NCBI GenBank assembly: GCA_000320545.1
Contig: ADNK01001574.1
Span: forward strand, 25,738 to 89,737
Length of the DNA stretch: 64,000 nucleotides
From: Bigelowiella natans CCMP2755
Taxonomy: Eukaryota > Protista > Cercozoa
Direction: 5' to 3'
A model generated the notes under the pieces. That model saw nothing but the letters and a program-made list of their open reading frames with translations, made no database searches and was not told the DNA's origin. Both the position numbers and the translations under genes were made by a program. Of this stretch, positions 41,900-54,292 are shown in pieces; position 1 is the stretch's first letter, and each line of letters opens with the position of its first letter.

Positions 41900-42950
41900 A
41901 CTGTCCGGCCGTGAAATGCTGCTAGTACATCACTAATTATATGTTCTTGAGAAATATCTCAATGCGACATCTATTACACATTGGCATGCAATACATAAAC
42001 GGAAAGTTGATGTACACACTTGCATGCTATCTAGCTATGGTATGTACGTAGAGATGCATAGAATTGCAGCATGCATGGCGGTGTGGATGCCACTACATGT
42101 TATATACACGCCTCAAAATGAGATATCTGGATATCTCTCTGCTATCTCTCTACTCATCGATCACAACAATAGACTAGTAGACATCATCGCTAGATCGCGT
42201 ACTTCTCGACTTATCGCATCGCTTATAGCATAGCTAGATCTCTGCTTATTAGTTTGGTCTTCGTCTCTAGGTCTAGTCATGCTAGCATGCGCTGATCGAT
42301 AATAACTTGGCCAACTCTAAAACTCTAGAACTGCTCAAATGCGTGTGCGTTCGATGCCGTTGCACGTACATGCTAGCATGTGCTGCACTCTACTAGCTCT
42401 AGCGCTAGCTAGCTATAGCGTGCACGCTTGCACGTTCTAGCGTTGTGTGCTAATTTGATCTTGGCACGCTGTCGTTTGCGAGCCAATTTAGCTAGAATTA
42501 CGCTGCGTACTGTTCTAGCGTTGCACCTTGCTTGATATCTTGCTAGTGCTACGTACCCGCGATGTGTACGAACACACGTGTCATCGCTCCAAAAGCCACA
42601 AGCCCGCCCATGCAGACGTACTGCGCCAACAACAGTATAAATCACAGGGCTTGCTAGCTAGCTAGCTTGTAGCTCGGGAAAATTCACGTAGGAGCAGCCT
42701 GATTATGATGTGTCTATGGCTAGCTAGCTAGACATGCGAACATGCTTGTGCAGGCGACACAATGATCTAGATGATGAAGCATCGGTACATGCTATTTGCA
42801 CATTTTCTAGATTTGTACAACTAGCACGTGTAATACTGAATGACATTCTTTTCTAGACGACGCTCGTGCATGGGTATCGATCAGTCGATCAGCCCGCGTA
42901 CGTACTACATGCATGCAGGCCTTCTTTCAATATAGGCCTTATTCCATATG
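41900..42950. other. Palindromic-tetramer-rich intergenic zone 5 (convergent 3' ends), the strongest example
   Basis: CATGCTAGCATG at 42278-42289 and 42369-42380; gctagctagctagc; gtacgtac; catgcatgca; atcgatcagtcgatc. Confidence 0.75.
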
Positions 42951-43408
42951 CTATATATCCTACCTACTACCCTAATACAAAAAAACACAGTAGCTATTAA
43001 GGGCTGCGATGTATTGGATTGCTCATGACCGGGCTTTGGCCTTAATCCTGGTCTTCATTCTCTCATTTTGTGAAATTTCGTGAAATGTGTTTGACTTCTC
43101 TTATCATTGTTGTTAGTAGCTCCTATGCTGTTGTCCAATAAAAGTTCTTCATATGCCAGCATGTCCATTCCTAGATTAATCGAGCTCCTGAGATGTTGTC
43201 ACAGTATATCGATACCAACAGTACATTTATCACCACTAGTGCCAGCATCAACACCAGCAAAATTCGAACAATACAGTTTTTGGTTTCACACATAGTAGGT
43301 GGATAAAGCTTAGAAAATATAATTCATTGTGCACCTTGAAAGAGTTTCCCTACATATTTTGGCCTTTTCAACATATCAGGAAAGGATATTAAAAAATGAT
43401 AGCATCGT

Positions 43409-44288
43409 TAGATTTGTTTAGAACAGCGTGCATGTGAATGTTTGATTCGATGAAATGGCATCTATGAGTACATATAACCTATCTATGAAAAAGAATGTGT
43501 TAATTCTAAAGTTAGCACCTGCAATTGACTGTCTCGGAAGGATTTAGAGGCATCCACTTCGTTCCAACTAATGCACAAATTCAAACAGAAGCACAACGAT
43601 GTATCACATATTTATATCCCCCCCCCACATATATGTATGTATACACATGTATGTATGTGTATATGCATAGCTAACAAAGAGCGAAAATATAATTGTAACA
43701 TTATACACCATTTTTATGGTCGCAATTGAGAGCACTTCCTCTTACAGAGTGTTTATTTCATAAACAAGCACCTTTTCCCCACTTTCCTACTAAGTTTTCT
43801 TGTGTTCTGGCTTTGATAGAAACCCATGTAAATTTTCCCTTCTGCAGAGAGCATGTCATAGGTAGGGGAACAAGCAACGCAGGGCCATGTTCAATACATA
43901 AAAGTTGCTGCATGTAAAAGCGATGGGAAAGGGGGGAACAAGGGCGAGGAAACACTACAAGCTGAAAATATCGGACGTCTTGGTGATTCTGGACATCTGA
44001 CCAAAGTCATGTTGTTTTTGAGATTTTGGAGAGAAATTTTTGTATTTCTTTAGGAATTCGATCTGCCACTTGGATCTAGCCCTGAACACATTGATGAAAA
44101 GCGATATCATCTCAAATTCGGTCGTGTGCGAAATTCAGTCGACTACAGCTTGCTGCCTATCGACCTGTTTTCAGAATTCACCATCTCCCTGTGGATCTTC
44201 AACTTCCTGGTGTTCCTTCAAATGTTCAATGCATGGAAAGACAGTAAGTAGATCTGCACGAATGGAGGCACGAGTAGCGGCCTTACAT
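43409..44288 (-). CDS. Small hypothetical protein, left paralogue of the head-to-head pair (3' end uncertain, possibly to about 43000)
   Basis: Phase-compatible GT-AG model: MNTRKLKIHREMVNSENRARSKWQIEFLKKYKNFSPKSQKQHDFEGKIYMGFYQSQNTRKLSRKVGKSWNEVDASKSFRDSQLQ...; indels relative to the right copy are multiples of 3. Confidence 0.5.
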
Positions 44289-45385
44289 GGCGTGGAGCAG
44301 CCTAGAAGAGTTTGAAGAGTGCGAAGGCAGTGACCATCCATCATGCGGTAGTCGGTAGTCAGTAACTGCAATGAGGTAGCGAGGTAGCCGTCAATGTCGT
44401 CAACGGTCGGAACGTACATCATTTCAAAAAAATCATGCATTTTGATCGTAGATTATCCGCGGACTCCGATCCTGCGACAGGCAGAATCAAGCATTTAAAT
44501 CAACTGGCCAAAAGGCTAACAGTGACTGCGGCCTGCGGCCGTATCATGAGGGCGTTTTTTGCAAGCGACAGCTTCTCCGTCGACAAATTAGGGACGATGT
44601 GCCGTCGATTCTAATTGCAACGACAAGAAGTTAGATCTACTGTTGCTTTTTGTCGTAAAAGATGCTCATACAGTGCTCTGTTGAGAGCCGCACCACATCC
44701 TTGATGGCTACCGCAGTTACCGCTGCCTCGCATTACAATTCTCTAAGCCCTGCTCTACCCAGATCCAAGCTTGCTCTAAGCCAGACCCACGCAATGTAAG
44801 GCCGCTACTCGTGCCTCCATTCGTGTATATCTACTTACTGTTTTCCCATGCATTGAACATTTGAAGGAACAACAAGATCCACAGCACGATGGCGAATTCT
44901 GAAAATAGGTCGATAGGCAGCAAGCTGTAGTCGACTGGATTGTGCACACGACCGAATTTGAGATGATATCGCTTTTCTTCAATGTGTTCAGGGCTAGATC
45001 CGAGAGGCAGATCGAATTCCTAAAGAAATACAAAAATTTCTCTCCAAAATCTCAAAAACAACATGACTTTGGTCAGATGTCCAGAATCACCAAGACGTCC
45101 GATATTTTCAGCTTGTAGTGTTTCCTCGCCCTTGTTCCCCCCTTTCCCATCGCTTTTACATGCAGCAACTTTTATGTATTGAACATGGCCCTGCGTTGCT
45201 TGTTCCCCTACCTATGACATGCTCTCTGCAGAAGGGCGAAGCCAGAACACAAGAAAACTTAGTAGGAGAGCGGGGAGAAGGTGCTTGCTTATGAAATGAA
45301 CACTCTGTAAGAGGAAGTGCTCTCAATTGCGACCATAAAAATGGTGTATAATGTTACAATTATATTTTCACTCTTTGTTAACTAT

Positions 45386-45388
<3 letters not shown>
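43665..45388. repeat. Large inverted repeat: arms about 43665-44295 and 44787-45388, spacer about 490 bp
   Basis: The arms are reverse complements. 43837-44067 is identical to the reverse complement of 45006-45236 (231 bp). The flanks carry scattered substitutions plus a 21-bp and a 9-bp indel. Confidence 0.97.
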
Positions 45389-45419
<31 letters not shown>

Positions 45420-46392
45420 TGTTGTGTTGTGTGCGTGTTTATGTGTGTGTGCGTGCATTAGTTTGAAGAGGACTTTACGACGTTCAGTGTCATTGCGGTA
45501 TATAATCATCTTATTCCATTTGAATATATTCATAGTCAGCGTTTTTCCTCCTTACACGTTGATTAACGCTATATTTATTTATTTGATTCTCCTACGACTT
45601 TTGCTCTAAGTTTACTCAAATTCCTCCCTTGTTAGCCGGTGGTTGTGATGATGATATGATGATGTGATGATCATGACGATGATATACGGATAGGGTATGT
45701 ATGTATACGTGTACGGACTCTTATTGGCTGCATACTTCATGGAAAAAGAATCAAATTTATGCTGTATTATCCTACCCCGAAGCATTCACCTTACTTTTAT
45801 TAATGTCGTTTGGGCAGAGACGACTTGTTGAGTACAGTATACGAGGAAGACGAGGTAAAGAAATTCTAAATGACGCTAAGAGAAGCTGTAGTTTAATTAA
45901 TACTTTATCAGGATGCTTACAGTCAATCTCCATGAATTATTTTGAATGATTTATTGTTTATATAAGGTGGTTGAACGAGACCATAACATCTCTCCAACAT
46001 CAGACAACAACCAAGCAAAAGGTTCATTAGTTGGAATGTCATCATCATCATCGTCATCATCATCATCATCTCTTTGATCTAAAGCAAGCTCAGTTCCAAT
46101 ATGTGTGCTGCGCTAATTCTGCTTATTTGTAGAAGTAGCTTGTATTTCACACTCTTAGTCATCATTCTCTGAACTTCTCCTTCATCAACTTATTTTCCAA
46201 TATTCATTCGTTTTACTAGGACTAGGCCAGCCATTCTCATTCGACATCGAAAGTGAGAGCGCGGCAAAAATACACTCCAATAAACAAAGTGCTGAGATCA
46301 AGAAGCAGATTGTGGAATTAATGGCCCAGTGTGAGGAGAGAATTAACCAAATTGAAGGAAAATATAGGGAAAAGGTACTGTTGTATCATTAA
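44794..46392 (+). CDS. Small hypothetical protein, right paralogue with a distinct coiled-coil-like C-terminus
   Basis: Model MNNKIHSTMANSENRARSERQIEFLKKYKNFSPKSQKQHDFEGRSQNTRKLSRRAGR..., then phase-compatible exons at about 45471, 45818, 45967 and 46220, ending ...EIKKQIVELMAQCEERINQIEGKYREKVLLYH*. Confidence 0.45.
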
Positions 46393-46479
46393 AATTGCGC
46401 GCGTAGAAATAGAGGAAGAAGAGTATGTATGCTCGTTCAAAATATAAGGAACCCTTATCCCATCTTTTCGTTGTTAAGA

Positions 46480-47690
46480 TTTTTTTCCTGCACGTCTAAA
46501 CGTGGACGTCACGTACTGCACTTGCATAGCTCAGGCAAGACTACTCTGATCAAGATGTGCCAGCATCATCTGTGCTAGTGTGATCCAATCTGATATTGTG
46601 CGCCTGCTAGCCTGGCGCATGCGGTGAACATGTGCGATGCATATGTCGTTGCGATCTGCTTGCGTGGGACAGGCTCACAACACCGTTAGATGAATGAGTG
46701 TGAGGCCTACATTGCCCAGATACAGTATATGAAGTATGCAATGATAAAGGTACTGCCACGTATGTCTCCGTTAGCATGAAGTTATTGAGTGCGAAGTCGT
46801 ATCAGAAGAAGAGCTACTTTAATGCTGTGCATAATCTTGTTGCGAATTATAAACAAGGTGGAATTTTACGCGACGTGTTTACTGAGAGAAGAGGGAGGGA
46901 TACACTTGTTATTTTCAGTCGAAATCATAATTTCCCATCATTATCCACAGTGAATGCATGCGATACACTTTTTGCATGGAATGGAAATTGTAGGCCAAGC
47001 AACAACGTCGAATGGAAAGACCTCCTTCATTAACTCACATGCAAGAAGGTAGTCTAGAGCCGCCAAAATCTAATTGTGCATGCATCATGAGCTAGGAGAA
47101 ATACCTAATGGTGCTTTCATCAAAATGTCAAATTTTGAGCATGTCAGTTGGCCCGCTATATTGGTCATGCTAGCATGGTGCTAAGCTAGCAAGCCTAACA
47201 AAAAAAATAAAGTGTGTGTGGCCGTGTCACATTGCTGCCTCATGCACATCTAGTCATGCAACGGCAAGGTGCATTGAAGCAATCTATCATTGCCAGAATA
47301 GAACTCGTAACAGCCAGACATTGATGATATAATAACCACATGTATAAGATTAAATTCATTCCCGTTGTTGCGTTTATTTACTTACTATTCTCTGTCGTGC
47401 CAATTGAAAATTCCATCCACCGAACACGCTCTTATGAGAACATGTCGGACTGCGCGAAACTGGTGGACACGTACGTAGCACACACATGCTACACAGGATG
47501 CGATTTATGATTGCACGTGCTAGCGTGACTCAGTCTGTGGGACTAGGGAACGTAATGCGTGGTGCATGATGAGCATGCTGCATGATGCTTTCTAGCTTTG
47601 CACAGCTAGCTAGACAGCTACATCAGGGTGAGAAAATGTGATCATTTCATGGCATCCGTCTCACACACAGTGCTTTGATGATGACCAATG
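46480..47690. other. Palindromic-tetramer-rich intergenic zone 6 (convergent 3' ends)
   Basis: CATGCTAGCATG at 47166-47177; cagctagctag; gtgcatgcatc; acgtacgta. Confidence 0.65.
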
Positions 47691-47777
47691 CAAATTCAAC
47701 TTTTAGCCGTCTTTCTGGAAGCTCTTGATGACAATCCATTACAAGTCCTTAGTGTATCGCATTTTTCGCCATCACAG

Positions 47778-48536
47778 CTAATTGCCACGTGTTGCCGCAG
47801 CACCGGCCTTTGCTGCCTTGTTGTCGTAATACTGTTTAGTTAGCGAATACACTAGAGTACCCGGGATAGCTATGGAAGCTCCTGTAGTAGGACAACATTA
47901 CATTACTAAGACGCATTAATACATTAAGAATACTCTGCATCCACTCATGAACGTGGCCAAAAACAATTTCAAACAATATTCTCACGGACCGATGATTGAT
48001 GTTGGGGACATGCTGGTATGAAAGATGATGACCTGATAAGGTAGTAGCAATAAAGAAGATGAATAAACACGGATGTAATGGGCTGAAGAGCCAATTCCGA
48101 AAACAGGAAGAAATCGCTACGACTATCTTCAAGAAAAGATAACCATGTTTAAAGCATGAAATGTGATGAATTCTTACGCTTGCGACGAGGATGAAGACCC
48201 TCTTTAGCGTATTTCCGACAGCAAGGGTTACAGGGTGAACTTACCAAAACCGCAACACACACACACACACACGCACACACACACAAACCACAAACACTTT
48301 AGAATATTTTTTAAAAACAATCGATCGATGATGCTACCTACAAATGTATATTTTGATTTTTCTATGTCTTTGGAAAGGAACGAAGCTAAAGGGGGTATGT
48401 TAGCATTCTTTTCGATTACGACGCTTTTACCTTTATCGAGAGCTAGGTACATGACCTGTTGTCATTCATGTTAATACCATCAGATGATTGCCAAACACAT
48501 GGAGAGAGCAAGACATTAAATACAGCACATAACAAG

Positions 48537-48590
<54 letters not shown>

Positions 48591-48778
48591 TTGTGTGTGT
48601 GAGCAGATAGAACATTTTTACTTCTCAATACCTCATTATTCAAGTAGTGGAATAGTCCTGTAAAGCAAGAAACGAAGAAACACGCAACGTCTTCAGAACA
48701 ACTGATAACGGCTTAAGATAACATGTGAAATTTATAGAGTACATGATAGCCCTCTTATTAACTCCCTCCCCCCCCCCC

Positions 48779-48833
<55 letters not shown>

Positions 48834-49018
48834 ACACACTATCATGATTTTTGATACATGTATTATTATTGTGGGTACCTGCCGAGAGCGACAAGTATAG
48901 TACCGCTGAAGCGCTATACGTCTCCATGGCTGTCTCCCACCTACGGATACGTGATGGACCAAGAGGAATCAGATAAAATATGTTGTCGTTGATAGTTTAT
49001 GTGTTTGCATTTATAGAG

Positions 49019-49060
<42 letters not shown>

Positions 49061-49309
49061 AACTGATGTAAGATTATTGTCGTGAGCGCTGCTGTGAGTA
49101 CGAGCTTACACAGGCAGGTATCTAGTCCATTCCACAGCGATTGAAATCTGAATCATCATCATCATCGTCATCATCATCATCGTCGTCATCATCATCATCG
49201 TCGTCATCATCATCATCATCATCATCGCCATAATCATCATCGTCATTATCATTACCACCATCATATGTCAAAACAAAGGCCATGGTACAAATTCATAAAC
49301 ATTTGCACG

Positions 49310-49344
<35 letters not shown>

Positions 49345-51049
49345 TTACACAAACGTAGAAAGAGAAAGAGAGGGAGGGGGGGCGGATGGAAGGGGGAGAG
49401 AGAGGGAGAAAATCGACGAATTTTGGACATGTAGCATGCACAACAGATGCCCGCATTGGTTCTTATCTTAACCCGTTTTTATTTCAGTGCAAAGAGTAAG
49501 GAATAGTCATCGTCGGGATAAATACCGGAAGAAGAGCAAAGAACGCCATTCCAGTCACGACAGCTGTCATTTCATGCATCGAAATGTGAACACAGGCACG
49601 GACAGAGAGGAGTGGAGAGCCGATAAACAATACAAATATTTTATTTCTTTATAATACGCCTTTGCGTGTAACAGCGCGCGGCTACTACCGAATAAATTGG
49701 GAGCGGAAATCTTCTCCGCACTTTGAAGGGCTCGTTTGGAGAAAATTGCCTGAGTAGATGCTCGCAATCGTCAGCTATGGCGTAGTATGAATTAAATGGC
49801 AAAATGCATTGGTCACAGCCTAACATCGTCTCAGTGAATCCTTCTCATATGTTTCTCGATATTTGAGTATAACTACGCCATTGCTATGTATATATTTGGC
49901 AAGCGCAAATTGTCATTATTATTCATTCTGCTGCGTCTATTCTCACCCTCAAGGCAAAAGCCGCATTCGAACCCATAGCTGTCAGAAACGATAGCCACCT
50001 AGTACCAAGCACCATTTATATATTTTTGTAATCCAATAGGTATTGTCTGTGTTTGGAGATAGATCTTTTAACGTGCTCGCAGTGCACAGGATAGAGCATC
50101 AAGAGTTCAGATTGAATATCTCCCTCTCTTCTTGCGGCTGCTGCATAAACTCAACTATCACTTAAGCGAAGTCTCTTTCTTATACCCCCCCCCCCCCCCC
50201 CCCTTTTTTTTTTTTACGAAAAGGAACGGGTTTTTAAACATGCAAAAACAACTCCTCCTACGACAGGGACCAAACTTAAATAAACCGGCAAGGGAAAAAT
50301 CTGCCCTAGTATTATCGATGAAAGCACGGCCGAAAAAAATCTGCAACGGGAGCAAACATCGTCAGCCCCCAAGCCCCCCGGCGATATTCTTCGCCAACGA
50401 GAATTCAGCAGCCCGTATTCAAACGCTACTTTCCCCCAAAAACAACACCAAAAAACAATCGATTTGATTTCTTGAGGGGCTGCTTTTAGGGGGACGCAAA
50501 TCATATCACGAGCTTCATTCCACCAAATTAAACTTCCTCGTCGTTGTGCGAAAATCGTCACCGTACGCCCCATGCTATGCTACTATGAGCTTCATGTTTG
50601 TTTAGACTTTATATATTACGGGTCGAGGGCTTTGATGATGTGCACAAAAGCGACCGTCGAGCCTCCGAGCGCACATACAGTACAAACCTTCCGACGTTAA
50701 TAAATAGAGAATAACGATGAGCTTTAAATGCAGTTGAAGAGCGGCGTGTTTAGCGACACTAACGGTTACCTGGCCAACTGCGTGTGCAAAGGCGATCGGC
50801 GCCCATTTCTCCACTGTCCGCTCCGTCAATGCCTGTGTATATAAGCGACATGTTCTCATAAGAGCGTGTTCGGTGGATGGAATTTTCAATTGGCACGACA
50901 GAGAATAGTAAGTAAATAAACGCAACAACGGGAATGAATTTAATCTTATACATGTGGTTATTATATCATCAATGTCTGGCTGTTACGAGTTCTATTCTGG
51001 CAATGATAGATTGCTTCAAGGAAAAGCATCATCACTATGTAGAACTTAG

Positions 51050-51102
<53 letters not shown>

Positions 51103-51486
51103 TCCGTTTAATTGATGTACAGGAGGGGGCTTGCGCAGCTTCAGTAGCCACAACAACGAGGCGTATGTGAAACCTATGAGAGAGAAAGAGAAGAAGGGGG
51201 GGGGGGGGGGGGGGGGAAAAAAGATAGTGGTTTGTTTATCAAATGATGATTTAACGTGGCGTTATGAATTCGAAATGGAACTGAGGTGATGATTATACTG
51301 ATATTGTAGTACGAAATACGACCTACGCCCAGCTGCAAGGTTGCATGGCTCCTGTAATCACAAAATTGTAGTACATACATATGATGTAAGATTTGCTTTA
51401 AACGTTGTCGGGTAGGAGTATATTGGCGATTGCATGCTGTATCCCTTTTTCCTCTTTGAAGCCTCTCTCCTCCCCTTGCTCTCTTT

Positions 51487-51538
<52 letters not shown>

Positions 51539-51686
51539 AATTTATGTTTGTATGGAGGGTGTGAATGTGTATGCGTGTGTGTGGAACATACTACCAAGGA
51601 AGGGGAAGAGCATTAAGTGCTTGCTTATTGTAAACATTATAAACCACATTCAATGCATACCTGTACCCAAATATTCACACACACAC

Positions 51687-51728
<42 letters not shown>

Positions 51729-52796
51729 AATAGTGCATAAGACAGCAAACACAAACTTCCATTATCTCATGACTTCAATATTGCGTAGTGCACATTCAAT
51801 GCTTGCAAAATCAGTTTTGGCTCATGTACATCTCACTTCTGAGGGATAGCAGCCTAGGATGTATCGAGGGTTTTTGTATATGATGTGAAAGTTGTCCTCG
51901 TAGATAAATAGTATTTGGAATATTGCATAAACAACGACCCTGTAATCATGCGATTATAGTGATGTAAAGAACAAGCCGGTAGTATGTTCAAGCTATTTCC
52001 TCAAACATTAGATTTGTTGTACTAATTCAACGAACCACAGCAAAAATGTTAACGATATTTTGAGAGAATCCATCACTGCTGAAGCAGTCCCCCCCCCTCT
52101 CTCGGACAGAGACTGTTCATCCGCATCACCAGCACTATTTATCTGTGACAAGCGTAGTCATTCATGCCTCAGTTACCGCGAGAATAGACTCATCGCCTTT
52201 TGCGCGAATGTGTGTGGATGGGATAACTCCAAGTTCATTTAGAAGTTTGAAATTTGTGTATTAGTTGCGTGTACAGCGTTGTGTAGCATGGAAGTTCTGC
52301 GATCTGGAGCGAAAACAGCTTTGCCGTCCCCCCCTCGGTACTTGGGTTGCCAAGATAAAGAACTTTGATGAATTTGCTGCATGAAAAGAGGCGAATTCAT
52401 ATTTCATCATTCTGTTCCCGGATTGTGCATGTGTCAAACGAGCGCATAGAGCTGACCAGCTGGCGAGATACTCCAGGTTCGCTATCAGGGTTCAGCGCGC
52501 TTGAGGTTCGTATCCGAGCATGCGAGTTAAGTGTGGGTAAAGGTAGCGTCGAAGCACGATGGCGTAAGAGTGCCTAGAATATAAATTTATGAATATGGGT
52601 AAGCAGTAGGTAAAACATAACGAATTCAATGGGGCACCTGTGGAACTGGCCTTGCATCCGATAATGTTAGCAAAAATGCTACGATTGCCTATTTTTATTA
52701 TGAGACGGGATGTACATGATGACTGCTTATAGGGTTTGTTATTATGTGTTAGATATATTTATTATAATACGCTAGTCTCACCGCTCTAGAATTCAT
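47778..52796 (-). CDS. Plastid-type triose-phosphate/phosphate translocator (TPT/DMT family) with bipartite presequence
   Basis: LWYALNVVYNVYNKQALN, VAFVHIIKALDP, VYLSLVPVVGGV, SNAAFALR, LFHYLNNE, PVTLAVGNTLKRVF, GTLVYS. The N-terminus MNSRAAIVAFLLTLSDA is a signal peptide followed by an Arg/Ser-rich transit-like region. Confidence 0.92.
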
Positions 52797-53613
52797 TGCC
52801 CCTTTCGAACAGCAGCGAATGAGCAATGACTTTGATCCCGGTGGGGGGGGAAAGGATAGTTCGATTTCAGGCCCTTTACGATTGTTGCATAATTTAAATA
52901 AGCTCACATCACAGCGCATTAATTGAATACGACATCCAAAAACCTCATTTTCACTTCAATACGGATCTCAAATTAGGGTATTTACCAACGGGACTCAGCA
53001 ACCTTGATTTTCTTTTTATCTAGACAATAATCTTAAGTTGTTTTTGCGGTAAAATATTTTCACAAATAGTCTCCAAAATCTCCTTTAGTTTTAATGCGAA
53101 ACATCAAAGTTTAGTCGTAAGCGGAAATCTTTCCCTATCATACTAGATTAACTGATAAAAGAAAAGAACTCTTGCCGTCAACATAAAATGAAAGTCGCAC
53201 TTTCTTCTATGAAAGCTTTTAAGAAGACCATCTTGCTCACATTTAAATAAGGTCAAACCTTCGAAAATAAAACACCGTAGTGCTCACTTCCATTAATAGA
53301 ACACCTATAAAATTAAGGTAATTTCTCGTTCTAGTCCTTTTACGACTGGGAATGTATCCTGACGCAGAGACAAAACAAAGCCATTTTCACTCGATGCAAT
53401 AGCTACGAGAAAAAAAAAGGGAGTCACATCATCATTTCAACCACCAACTCTGCTTCTTTCTTATGCCCGTGAACGAGATTTGTAGCAAAAAAAAAAGCTT
53501 TTTCATGAAAATGGTTGTGTCGCAATCTTCAAATGCGTTGCCTTTCGGCGGAATCAGTGTCACTTCGTTTGAGCGTCACAGTTCTCAAACACAACTCAGA
53601 AAGCGATTTGAAG

Positions 53614-54252
53614 ATGGGCTGTGCCGAGTCGAGGTAATTCCCCCCCCCCTCCCCCCCCCCCACCCCACCCCCATCCCTCTCCCTTTTCCACCCCCAAGCC
53701 TCCATACTAGTGAGTCTATAGATATTTAGATTAGTATGGCTAGATAATAAATTTGTAGTAGTAAACTCAACATTACTTTTCAGCGAATGCCCTTCCGATG
53801 ACGAGTGTAACATGTCCCATGGATTGCTTTATTTTAACGGTGAAAAAAAATCTTGAAATCTTTTGCGTTCTTCCTAAAAATACTCCAGGGAAGGCATTCG
53901 AATTCCAGACCCTCCAGAGCTTCCGCCTTCAACGATGCGACGTACGGGGCTTCGATCAGTACTGCAGGTATCTACTATATGGCCCCGTTATTGTTTGTGA
54001 CTCAAGAACTCCATCTTCTGCATAGATCATGTGAAAAATGCCATTATATTTTTATGCGATAAAGGATGCCATTATAACATACATGCTACTGGCTTATTTC
54101 CTTGCTGCAGGGACGGCTTTATACACCGCGGTACAACCGTGAGATGTACGATGAGGTCAGGAACTCTTGTGTGTGGAACATCGAATCTGTTGGGAAGCCA
54201 GTCGCTATCGCCACGTGCAACTCGGCAGATGACGTCGCAACTTGTGTCAAGT

Positions 54253-54292
<40 letters not shown>

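Noticed and set aside
44040-45033. Twin ORFs MYFFRNSIC... in the ORF track
   Set aside because: They start at non-ATG codons and lie antisense to the spliced models, so they are by-products of the inverted repeat.
43665-45388. Foldback/TIR transposon reading of the inverted repeat
   Set aside because: No target-site duplication or transposase is visible, the ends fade into microsatellites, and the arms carry conserved splice sites with frame-preserving indels. It is not fully excluded without a genome search.
45636-45693. Frameshifted Asp-rich exon implying the right paralogue is a pseudogene
   Set aside because: The flanking exons join in phase when this segment is skipped, so an intact ORF is possible. 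Unresolved without RNA data.
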